DNA of 64,000 nucleotides. It comes from Octopus bimaculoides. Its lineage: Eukaryota. The position numbers were made by a program, and so were the translations under genes. The notes under the pieces are model-generated. The model was not told the origin of the DNA. It saw nothing but the letters and a program-made list of their open reading frames with translations, and made no database searches. Location of the stretch: the NCBI RefSeq assembly GCF_001194135.2, contig NC_068981.1:150800556-150864555 (forward strand). Reading direction: 5' to 3'. This document shows, one piece after another, positions 26,225 through 37,960 of this stretch (position 1 is its first letter; each line of letters starts with the position of its first letter).

Positions 26225-26419
26225 GATAGTGGCTCAGATGCTAAGGGATTAATTAGACTACTGGCTTCATAGTCAGAAGTTCAAATCTTATAACCACAAT
26301 GATTTTTTTTTTTTTTTCAGAAAATCATAAAAGGGGGGGAAAAAATCACTGTGGTTATAAGATTTGAACTCCTGACTATGAAGCCAGTAGTCTAATCCCT
26401 TAACATCAGAGCTATTGTC
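26225..26419. repeat. Foldback of two convergent tRNA-like heads
   Basis: Arms ttagactactggcttcatagtcag(a/g)agttcaaatcttataaccaca(a/g)tgatttttt differ at 2 positions; looser pairing extends outward. Each arm has an A-box-like, a B-box-like (gttcaaatc) and a T-run element. Confidence 0.85.
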
Positions 26420-27289
26420 CCATCTAGAGGATTACAATTCATGCCATTTCTCTACAGGTTTTAGCTGCTTTTTTAAACCAGTTCAAGTAACATACCCTGG
26501 TATCAACAGAAAATTTAAATACATTAGTGTAATATTAAATGATATAGATCAACACTATCTTTCTGCAATAAATACTGTAATATGTGCAACAATGTCTTGC
26601 TAAACGCTAACTAATTGACCATTTCATGCTGTAGCTGTATGTTTAATCATCTGATTTTTATGCTTATTTACAGATTGGCAAGCAAAGAACAGTGATAGAG
26701 ATAATCAAATCACGAACCATTAGTATTACCCATAGCAGAACAGTTGCAACCAAAATAGAATCACTGAATAAATAAAGATTGCCTGATTAACTAGAAGCAT
26801 TTTTAGTATCAATTGGCTGCTATATATAGTAAAAGCAAAGCTATTTTCCACCACCAAGGAAAATAAGTATTGTTCTTGATGGAAAATATGTTGATTAAAA
26901 ATAAGATTCACTAGAAAAGAAAAAAAAAAATCAATCATTACATTTACAGCTGCCATCGTAAGTAGTATTGTTTTGTCTCTAATAACTAAAACTACTATAA
27001 TCAAAAATATAGGGAGCCACTATGTGGTTACCTAGCATGATAGAAACAGTAGCAAAATCTACCTCAAATCTATTATTTAAAATAAAGTAAGTATAAATAA
27101 GGTATTCCTAGATACACTGTTCTTGAATAAAAGATGGGATGGTCACAAGTGGAACAATGTTGAGCATAGGTCTGAAAAATCAGGCTGACCTGAAAATAAA
27201 CAACTACCCAATTGTAACTAATTAGTAAACAGCTAGGATACCTGTAACTCAATCATTAGCTTAACGAAAGAGAAGGAATTGCTCCAGTT

Positions 27290-27700
27290 CAGTAGTGTTT
27301 GAAATGCTTTGATGAATACAGAATTAGGCAAACAAAAATTTCAAGTACCCCCTTCTGTGCATCTTCTACATAATTATTTTTCCTTGTCAGTCTACTTGTG
27401 ATCCCACTAGACCTTTTGTGTACCCATAGCATATAACAGCTACACCATATGGAATTGCTACTGAACACCTCTTCTGCAAATGGCCATTTTCCAGACATTA
27501 AGCATTCCCATGGCCACTTTCCATATTTATTATTCTTATACAAGAATGTTATTGACAGTGACTCTGAAGTTTTAACCAGCAAAGCTTCTGTTGACAGTCT
27601 GATGATAGCTTAATTGGTGAAAACTTTGAAGACACAGTCCACAACTTTCTTGTAAAAGAATTATATACATACTCTATGGAGTGACCCATCAGCTTAATAC
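27290..27700 (-). pseudogene. Decayed RTE-clade LINE fragment (post-RT Cys-rich region)
   Basis: SGKWPFAEEVFSSNSIWCSCYMLWVHKRSSGITSRLT resembles the SG.WPC..C.K.VG.NSI.C..C..W.HK.CS.I..RL insertion of RTE-type ORF2. Confidence 0.6.
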
Positions 27701-27956
27701 TAAATTGTTTTATCATCACTGAACATAAAAACAAACGTGCGTGTGCGTGTGTGTGTGTGTGTGTGCGTGAGTGAGAGAAATATAGATACACATGTGTACG
27801 CAGATAGATAAGTGTGGGCATGACTGTGTGGCTGAGAAGCTTGCTTTCCAACCAAGTGGTCTTGATTTCAGTCCCACTGTAATCTACTACAGTCCTGGGC
27901 CAACAAAAGACATGTGCATAGATTTGGTAGACAGAAACTGGAAGAGGCCTGCTATC

Positions 27957-28000
<44 letters not shown>

Positions 28001-28321
28001 ATATATATGAGTGTCTGCATACCCTTGTCTTTACATATAAATATATGTACATATAAATATATGTACATATAAATGCATATATATATATCTATATACATAT
28101 ATACACATACATACATACATACACATAAATGCACATATACACCTACACATATATAGGTGAACATGTATACACACCTAGATACAAATACACACTCACAATA
28201 TACACTACCCACAAAATCACTTAGACACACATATATACCTGACACATCCTTGTAGACATAGTTCGTGGCATAGTAAAAATATACCCATATTCAGAATATA
28301 TTTCACTACCACTACAATGAC

Positions 28322-28367
<46 letters not shown>

Positions 28368-28515
28368 GGTTTTGATATCGTGAGGATGAATAAAATGCAT
28401 TTCAAAAATTTGGGTATTTCATGTCTTTCTTTCTCTCAGGTATCAATTATTGATTCCTTATGGAAATATGTCCTCTTTTCTTCCAATAACCCCTCTACCC
28501 CATATCATCTCCTCA

Positions 28516-28555
<40 letters not shown>

Positions 28556-28565
28556 NNNNNNNNNN

Positions 28566-28600
<35 letters not shown>

Positions 28601-29103
28601 CAGTCAGAAATCAGGAGAGCACAGCTTTGTAGTAACTGTATCAAAAATTATTGGACTATGAAATTCCAGCACTGATTAATTGTAGTAGTCAGCATATTTG
28701 TTGTTGCTGTTGTTGATTTATATCTTATTTTTCTTCTTTTTTTTTTGCTGCAGTGACTCACAGAAGAAATATGCATCTGAGCAGCAGTTAACTAGGGACA
28801 CTATAAGGGTAAACTGTGTCTTCTCATCTCCTTCCCACCAGCCCCCTACACATTCTGATGCACCTACCACATGCTTTAAGCTTCTGAATGCCATTCTCAT
28901 CCCGTTCCATCCACCAACCTATCCCCAAAACATGATCATCTCACCAAAACAAAGTAAGAAGGGAAGCTAAAAGATCAGAAAGAATACAAGACGCATGTAA
29001 AAAATAAATAACAAAAGATTAAACAAGACAAAAAAATTCACATTAGCGCAGTGATGTGTTATTAGATTAGTAGAAAGAGGAAATACAAAAATTCTTTCCT
29101 GTT

Positions 29104-29248
29104 TTATTATGGAAACAGTCAATAATACAAGTGTATCAAGTGTTTTTGCATGGACGTGTTGAAAGATAAAAATTCCTCAACATTAAAATGGTAGGAATCT
29201 CTTTATATATTAATAATGCAAATATTAATGATAAATAATAATAATAAT
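29104..29248 (+). repeat. 145-bp perfect direct repeat, copy 1
   Basis: Base-for-base identical to 31240-31384 (ttattatggaaacag...gataaataataataataat). Confidence 0.95.
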
Positions 29249-29488
29249 GATGATGATGATGATGATGATGATAATAATAATCATAATAAATGCCCTGATG
29301 CAATACCAGGCAGTGGCTCTCATGGCTTCTGATCTAAACTTATTGGAAATGTTAACATGTATATGTTTTGCCTTGATGTAAAAGATGGGATGCAACAAAT
29401 ATTCTGCTCAATACTACAGATCCGCCTGTCAGTTGATTGACCTTCATTGTCGAGCATGTTTCCAAGCGGCTGATGACAAGCAGGTGTA

Positions 29489-31113
29489 CTGTATATACTC
29501 GGCTACAAGTCGCACTTTTTCTCCCTGAAATTTTCACCTCAAGTTGTGCTTATAAGTCTTATAAAAAAAAAATCTTCAGATATTTTCTTGGTACAAGTGA
29601 CATCTGAAGTTCTTATACTTGGAATAACCATAAAAACCTGAATCGCTAATTCCAAAGCCATGAAATAGACAAAAGATAATCTTTATATATTTCTTTACTT
29701 TTGTTAGTGTGAAATAATTTTTAAAAGTGAGTTTAATGCTTGTTTGTTTTTGTACCATACCTGTCTTTTTTAATTCAATGCCATGTTATTTGTTAACATG
29801 AAGAGAAAGAGGAATTCATATCATATTACTTTCAAGCCGAAAGTTGTTGAATATGTGAAGTTGCATTCAAATCGAGCTGCAGAAAGAGAATTTGGGACCT
29901 CAGAAAAAATGGTCAGGGATTGGCGTTTGAAAGAGGAGAAAATGAAATGACATCAAATTGTTTAAGAAGTTAGGATAGGAATGAGTCCCAATGAGGAGAT
30001 GGAGACTATTCTGAGAGACTAGGTGACTGAACTACACACGAATGGATTTGTCATCACAAGAAACATCATCAGATTGTGGGCTCTTCAAGTGACTAAAGAA
30101 CATGGTATATCCAACTTTAAAACATCCCCTGATTAGTGTACGAGGTTTATGAAATGCCATAATCTTATGCTAAGACAGAGGACTGACACTGTACAGAAAT
30201 TACCTACTAACATACAGAACAAAGTTGATTCCTTCCAGCAGTCTATGATAAACCTACAAAAGAGCTACGAGTGTACCTTGGAAGCAATTGGTAATATAGA
30301 TGAAACACCCCATTTTTTCGATATGGATGGAACTCGGACAGTTGACGTTAAAGGGAAAAACAACAATTTTGGTAAAAACTATGGAGAACGACAAGGCCCA
30401 CTTCACCGCAATTTTGGCTTGTATGATTGACAGTACGAAACTTACCCCGGCTGTTGTTTTCAAAAGAAAGACTTCCCCGAAAAAAAGTTTCTGAAGGGCA
30501 TAGTGGTATATATTTTCAGGAGAATGGGTGGACGGATGAACCCATACTGACAAACTGGTTAAATGACATGTAGTTCAAGCACCCAGGGGCTATGCTTAAT
30601 TCAAAGTTACATCTTCTATGGGATATGTTTAGGGCTCATCTGATCGGCAGCATAAAAAATAGATTAAAGGAGCATTATACCTACCAAGCTGTGCTTTCAG
30701 ATGGATGTACATCTGTGCTTCAGCCACTCAACGTGTCAGTGAACAAGCCTTTTAAGGTGGACATGTGTGCCAAGTGGAATGAAGGAATGATTAATGGTGA
30801 CAAGGAAATGACCAAGGCTGGGAACTTTAAATGCCCTGACCTTAAGACTGTTTGTCAGTAGGCGATAGATTCCCTGGCTGAAATACCAAGTGAACTTGTG
30901 ATGGAATCATTTTTGAAGTGCAAGATCTCAAATTCCATGGATGGTATGGAGGATGACGAGCTATATAATGGCTGCACTTGTGCAGGAAATGTTAGCCCCA
31001 GTGCTTCATCAGTTAATGAAGACCAGACAAGTGAAGACGAAGATCAGGGTGCATATGACAAGACCATCACAACTGAGGAATTTTACCAGTTATTTAGTGA
31101 AAGTGATGATTAG
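29489..31113 (+). pseudogene. Dead pogo-family (POGK-like) DNA transposon: Brinker-type DBD, CENP-B/Tc5 HTH and DDE_1 transposase
   Basis: TA|CTGTATATACTCG left end; ATG at 29798 MKRKRNSYHITFKPKVVEYVKLHSNRAAEREFG; IGNIDETPHFFDM; LLWDMFRAH; GCTSVLQPLNVSVNKPFK; acidic tail. Multiple stops and frameshifts; no right TIR seen. Confidence 0.9.
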
Positions 31114-31239
31114 TATAACTCAGGGCCGTTGCATGACTTTTAGAGGCCCCCTACAACTTCTTGTTTCAAGGCCCCATCTCTTCAATCAAAATTCATAATC
31201 TACACACCTTTATTATCTTCAAAAATTAAACATAGTCCC

Positions 31240-31384
31240 TTATTATGGAAACAGTCAATAATACAAGTGTATCAAGTGTTTTTGCATGGACGTGTTGAAA
31301 GATAAAAATTCCTCAACATTAAAATGGTAGGAATCTCTTTATATATTAATAATGCAAATATTAATGATAAATAATAATAATAAT
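31240..31384 (+). repeat. 145-bp perfect direct repeat, copy 2
   Basis: Identical to 29104-29248; offset 2136 bp. Confidence 0.95.
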
Positions 31385-32228
31385 AATGATAATAATAATA
31401 ATAAAAATTAAGAATAATAATGATAATATTTTAGAATTATCACAGCACTCTGCTGTGATGATTATAAAATACAACACATCAAAAAACTAATAGTATATCT
31501 TTTTTCTACTCCCCTGTACATAGACAGATACAAACACATACATACACACAAACTTCTCTGTGCGTGTGTGCCAGCTCTTCACCTAAGTAATAATAATAAT
31601 CCTTTCTACTATAGGCACAAGGCCTGAAATTCTAGGAGAGGGGCTAGTCAATAACATTGATAACAGTATTTCACTATTATTTATTTCATCAACCCCAAAA
31701 TGATGAAAGGCAAAGTTGACCTCAGTGGAATTTGAACTCAAAACATAAAGACGGACCAAATGCTGCTAAGCATCTTGTCTACCATGCAAGCAATTCTGCT
31801 AACTCACTGCCTTAACGATAATAATAATAATAATAACCCTTCCTACTCTCAGCACAAGGAAGCATTTTGTCTGGTGTGCTAACAATTCTGACAGCTTGCC
31901 ACCTTAATAATAATCATAACAATAATGATCATTTATATATGAATATACATTCACAAACCTCCATATACAGATTTACACAAAGACTTTTTGAGACTTCAGC
32001 AGCAGAAAGTGTTGAAATTTGAAGCAGAGGGAAATTTTACACGTAGCTTGTTTACATCCCTGTAACTTAGTGTTTTGGCAAAAGAATACCGATTGAATAA
32101 TTACCAGACTTTAAAAATGAGTACTGGGGTCAATTCATTCAACTAGACCCCAGCATGATTACAGCCCAGTGACTGAATCAAGTAAAAGATAAAGCAGTGT
32201 ATTTCAACTGAAAAGGGTTAAGAAGAGA

Positions 32229-32435
32229 TAATCCTTTCTACTAAAGGCACAAGGCCTGAAATTTATGGGTAGGGTATTTAGTCGATTACATTGACCCCAG
32301 TGTTTCACTGGTACTTAATTTATCGACCCCAAGAGGATGAAAGGCAAAGTCGACCTTGGCAGAATCTGAACTCAGAATGTAACAACAGACAAAATACTGC
32401 TAAGTATTTCGTCCAGCGTGCTAACAATTCTGCCA
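32229..32435 (-). mobile_element. SINE family B copy; neighbours at about 31594-31830
   Basis: ataatcctttctactaaaggcacaaggcc...gatgaaaggcaaagtcgacc...gaactcagaa is the reverse complement of family B. Confidence 0.85.
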
Positions 32436-32567
32436 CAAGAGTTAAATCTAGAAACTCTCTAATGAAGCCTTAAAGTGCTGACAACTGACAACACCATTAT
32501 AAATTCATAGCTCACAACAGCCATTTTGTTGATACTGTTTAACCCTAGGGACTCCTCTACAGATTAA

Positions 32568-32787
32568 CCCTTTCAAGACCAACCTGTCTGAGACTACCCC
32601 AGGTTCTATGACATCAACTTAGTGTTTTAGATTTATCTAAATTATAATCTTACATTAAAATTTTATGCTAATTTGTTCCAGACCTCAGCTTAATAATGAG
32701 AAAGTTATTTTAATAAATTCATCACAGTTTTTAAAATTAATCGAAACAAAGGTAGCAGATGTTGACAAGAATATGGTAACAAAAGGG
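32568..32787. mobile_element. piggyBac-type MITE
   Basis: TTAA|ccctttcaagacca ... tggtaacaaaaggg|TTAA, with TTAA duplicated at 32564-32567 and 32788-32791. Confidence 0.75.
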
Positions 32788-33323
32788 TTAAGGCAACTTC
32801 TACACCAAATATCCTTCAAATTAACTCCTGCCATTTTTAAAAAAACCAAGAACACATTGAATAATGTAGTCTAGATAGATACATCCCTTGATTACACATA
32901 AGCTCAGTCAATGGTAATCTGAAACTAAACCACAACAATAAATTGCAAGTAAATATGAAACCTGTTTCTGTCAGTTAGAAAGCTGAAGTAAAAATGGATT
33001 TCAATCCTGAATCAAGACTGACTGTCTCAAGTTTTCAGTTGGATAAGTTTTATGGCAAATGCCAGTGATTTCAGGCAACAAACCATATGAAAACTTTGAT
33101 AAATGACTGGTTTAATGGGGTTTTCTTTTCAATGTTTTTTTATTTAAGATATTGAATAAAACGTGATTTTTTTCCCATGTATGATGCCATTATATAAAAT
33201 AGCAGAAACAGCACCTTCCAGGTAGATTTTCCACTAGTTCATGTAATACATTGTCATATTGTAACACACACACAGAGGGAGAGAGAGAGAGAGAAACAGA
33301 CAGACAAACACAGAGAGAGAGAC

Positions 33324-33376
<53 letters not shown>

Positions 33377-33859
33377 GATTTGTCCAATTTGTATTTTCCT
33401 ATTGTAAGATGGTATGGTGGGATTTGATCGAAATTTGGCTGTTATTTATAATAGACAAGTCACAATGGCTTTTGTAATTGTGTGTGTGTACATTATTTCA
33501 TATTTTTGTATGTATAAACTACATTTTCCAAAGTGTTTGTCCTAATCTAAGAAGCTTCAAGTGTAATTTGATGGAAATGTAGCTGCTATTTCTAGGTGGT
33601 TGAGTGACCATGTGAAAGCCCTCTTTTGATGATTCAAAGTTAACTTCCTTGTATAGTTCTAAAGTCAATCACGCTCAAAGAAAACTTAGACAAACAACAT
33701 TCCAGTCAAACCAATCCTATTATTTTCTATATCAAAAACTATATTATTCAGTATAAACTTATTTAAGATAGGAAAGGGTGATTTCTGAGTTTGAGGAAGA
33801 CCATTGCTGACCTTCAGGAACATTGTGCGTTCTAGAACTAATTTATATTTTGCATCTGC

Positions 33860-35300
33860 AGCTCCATTAGTTGCAAATGAGCCCTACTCTTGACAAGCAT
33901 ACACGACTACAAACATTGCAAACCAAGCTTTCCCCATTCACTATGTTAGCAGTGTGCTTTCGAGCAGGACACTTAAATTTTTCATGAAGAATATGTGCTT
34001 TTCCAAGGGTGTCAACCCCCTCCTTAACCTGCCTCTTCCATCTGTGGCGATAACAGGCACTACTTTCCCAGTCGGTCTCTTGCATATCACAGGCCTTTAA
34101 CGAGGACTTGACACAGTCCTTAAATCGCAGCCTTGGTTTCTGCCGGGCTCTTTTTCCACTAACTAGTTCCCCATATAGCATCTGTTTAAGGATTCTGCCA
34201 TCCTTCATTTTAATAGGATATCCAGTCCAATGTAACCAGTGCTTGTGCACCATTGCCTCAATACTCAAGATATCAGCTTTCCTCAAGACTTGTGCCTGGA
34301 GTTTTTAAGGTCCAGCCAACATTCAGAATGTGTCTCAGACATCTCTGATGGAATTGTTCAAGGACCTTTACATGACATTTATAAAGGGTCCATATCTCAC
34401 ATAAGTAAAGGAGCGATGACAGTACACATGCACAGTATACAGCAATTTTTGTTTTCCTTGTGATGCCATGCTGGGACCAGACACGAGATTCAAGAGACTG
34501 GAAGGAATCAGTTGCTCTCTGCAGCCTGAAAGATATTTCATCATCCAGGGAGCAAGAACGGCTGAACGTACTACCCAGGTAGACTGATGCAGAGCTCTTA
34601 GGCCCATAAACTTGCTTCATAAGATGGTAAAGCTTCTTGCTGTCATTTGCATCAGCAGCCTAAACATCACGAGCAAGATCCTCCAAGTGCTCTGCATCGT
34701 CTTGAGAGACCGCTGCAATAGTGATTTTACATTGCTATAGTGAGCAAGTGTTAGATTTCACTCTGTGAAGCAATACATTGTGGGCATGGCACTTTACAAC
34801 CAATAGTTACTGAACTTCATTCAGTATCATTTTCATCAAACCAGTGTGTGTCTGGCAGTAGAATATCCCAGTGTTTCAGCAGCACATTGAAGAACCTGGT
34901 CTTGAAAACCTTCCCATACTGTAGTATTTTCAATGCTGGACAAGCGAGTCTGAAGCTCTTTCTTCAACACAGTATCATATATCTTGTGGACATTCAGACG
35001 CTGAGGAATATCAACTGGCCCTCTTCTCTCTTTCTATCATCAGAAACTCTGCATGCACCAGACTGGTCTGTCTGACATTTCGATCCATGAATGGACTTGA
35101 CATTACAAATGTCATGGATGTCATGCTTGCAGATAATGACATAATCCAGCAAGTGCCAAACTTTAGACCTTGGATGCATCCACATTGTTGTGTGATCACC
35201 TTTGTGCATAAAATGAGTGCTTGTGATGTAAAGGCCATGTTCATCGCAAAGCTCCAGCAGCATGAGACCATTGCTATTCATTTTCCCTACACCAAAACAT
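33860..35300 (-). pseudogene. RTE-clade (BovB-like) LINE with internal deletion of the RT core
   Basis: Order on the minus strand: endonuclease end (NSNGLMLLELC...WMHPRSKVWHLLDYVI), linker (WFDEND...KQVYGPK), then directly YLGS...TKIAVY...LLY..E.WT...FHQRCLRHIL, LYGEL..GKR..KPRLRFKD and terminal C..C.R.C.SR.GL; no YADD. Confidence 0.9.
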
Positions 35301-36178
35301 CCTAGAGAGTTGAATGTTTGCTAGTCTGCTCCAACCCTGGCATTAATACCAGTCAAAACTTCATGTTAACTTATGTTCTAAGCACTAACTTAAAATGACA
35401 AGTCTGGCGTTAGGAACGGCATCCTGTTGTAGAAAGCATGCCAAAGCAGACTGTGGAGCCTAGTGCAGTCTTCTGACTTGCCAGCTCCTGTCAAACCATC
35501 CAACCCATGCCAATATGGAAAACGGATGCTAAATGAAGATGATGATGATGATGGTAGTGGTGATGATGATGTTGACAAACATATCTGGTGGTATTTAAAA
35601 CATACTTCTTTTTCCATGAAAAATATCGCAAAAACAAAATCACCCCAAGACCTATATGTAAAGTTGGGCTACCTATAAGTTGTTACATAGTTTCATACAC
35701 TAGAAAATTATTTTCCTGAATATGAACTGCTGAAAATAGGATATTCTTAATATGTCCATGCAACTCTTATGCCATCAAATGTGGTGATTTCATTATCTTC
35801 AAAATGATTTGAAACAAAGCAGTGAATTTGAATGACTGAGTTAAACTTGTTAATGCTTAATGCATCACAATCTTCATATGTCTCATAAAACTAAGGGCAT
35901 GAATGAATTTGGAAGGCAGAAGTTCCATTAATATGTGCATGTGTATGAGAGAAAGTGTTTATGCCTCCTTTGACAGATGGAAGGGAAAATATGCTTTCAA
36001 TTTTTAAAACCTTTCATGTTTTTAAAAATGGGGCCAAATTTTATATAGAAGCTTACCAAATCTAAATCCAGCAATGCACTTAGTCCTCCGGGATTGATAA
36101 AATTAGTACCAGTAAGATACTAGAGGTGATTTCCCTGAGTAGCTTGAGAGACTCGATGTACCCATCTAACAAAATTTA

Positions 36179-36472
36179 ATCATCATCATCATCGTCGTCA
36201 TTTAACGTCCGCTTTCCATGCTAGCATGGGTTGGACGATTTGACTGAGGACTGGTGAACCAGATGGCTACACCAGGCTCCAATCTGATTTGGCAGAGTTT
36301 CTACAGCTGGATGCCCTTCCTAACGCCAACCACTCCAACAATGTAGTGGGTGCTTTTACGTACCACCTGCACGAAGGCCAGTCAGGCGGTACTGGCAATG
36401 GCTACGCTCAAAATGATTTATTTTACGTGCCACCTGCACGTAAAGTTCGGCGACACTGGCAACGATCTCACT
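36179..36472 (-). mobile_element. Young SINE family D copy
   Basis: Close reverse complement of 47015-47290. Confidence 0.9.
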
Positions 36473-37624
36473 CGTGAATCTTATTTTATTTAATTAGCTA
36501 GTATTTGCTATTCTAGCTATTATCAGTACATGAAGAAAAAAATTATTAAGAAAACAAGGACATAAAAAGTAAAAGAAATAAAATACAAATTAGAATAAAA
36601 AAACAAAAAACTAGAAACAGATCAAGAAATATTAGAAAAAATAAATATTAATAAAAATTTTTGGAATAACAAAAAATGAAAAAATTGGCAAAGCCATGCA
36701 AAAACAGAAAATATGACATGCAAAACTAATATATAAAAAACAAAACAGAGCAGCAGAACAAAAAGTAAAGCAAAGACGATAATGACAAGAAAAAATATTC
36801 TGCATGATTTCTACTTCATGGAACACACAAGATATAGATCAAAATTTAGTCTAAAAATTTATACATGGAAGTCTAAATTTTATCTCAAAATATTCTGCTT
36901 CAACAATATTGTAAAGACGGAATCATTCTTTAACATGAGTAAAGTAAGGGAGGCAGAAAAGAAAACCAGCACTTGAGTGATAAACTCCAGTGACATGAAA
37001 CAATTTACTACATGTCTTCTTTGATGTGAACATAGAAATGACCTTTGAATTTTGCTGACTAACCTTTAACAGAATGGCACACAATTTTGAGGTGAAGTAC
37101 ACATATGTCCCAGTGAGAGGAATTGAAAAGAAATACCACCAGGTAGAAGTGTAGAGAGTATAACAAAAAATTTTAGTTACACAAACAGAGACTTACACAA
37201 ATGCAAAATGTAAATATTTGTTTGTAATGGCACAATACACACACGCACGCACGCAAACATACATGCAGGCAGGCAGGCAGACCAACAGATTTATGCTCAA
37301 ACCTGAAGATTCACTATTGCTACTCTGAGTTTCTCATATTACATTTCTTCAGATATCAAAAAGATCTTGCTTCTGTACATTTATAATTCGGTATACCATC
37401 ATATTTTTATTTATTACTTATTTCAGTCACTAGGCTTCTACCATCCTGGGGTAACACCTTGAAGGATTTAGATGAAAAAAAATCAACCCCAGTACTTATT
37501 CTTTAATCTGGTACTTTTTCTATTAGTCTCTTTGCCAAGCTGTTAAATTATGGGGGTGTAAACAAACCAACACCAGCCATTAAGCAGTGGGAGACAAACA
37601 TACACATACACACATATACTAGGG

Positions 37625-37960
37625 TGCCACTTATGTGCTGAGGGTGCTGCTGTTCTCCATCTCTGAATGCAGGATTCAGTGTCTTACCAGGAGGCACAGC
37701 AGCTTTCTAGGTGTGTTGACTCCTTCCTGGGGTCACCCACTGATATGTAGGCAACAAAACACCAACATGAGCTTTGTTGAGTCAGATAATGTGGCTCTGG
37801 GCCAGATGTTTCTACCATCTTCAAATACTCGTTCTTGTTATACCACTTGTTTTCTCTCTTGAGCCAGATGTAATGGATTGCTTTCTCGGTGGCTTCTAAC
37901 AATCTTTTGGCAGCATCGTTTCTCTCCTTAGCTGCTAGTCCAAGACACCTGAACATCAAG
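37625..37960 (-). pseudogene. 3' end of an RLE-type (HERO/NeSL-like) non-LTR retrotransposon
   Basis: MFRCLGLAAKERNDAAKRLLEATEKAIHYIWLKRENKW resembles the LG....R..A.K.L..AAE.AS.W.W.KR...W terminus of HERO-like elements; a GC-richer 3' UTR follows. Confidence 0.6.

Noticed and set aside
26225-26310. Functional tRNA gene
   Set aside because: No acceptor stem, and the anticodon-like loop is 9 nt; tRNA-like only.
28754-28966. Exon-like signals on both strands (+ 28754-28808 DSQKKYASEQQLTRDTIR; - 28762-28966)
   Set aside because: The minus version has stops in all frames from its strong acceptor; the plus version joins no recognisable protein. Cannot be resolved without RNA data.
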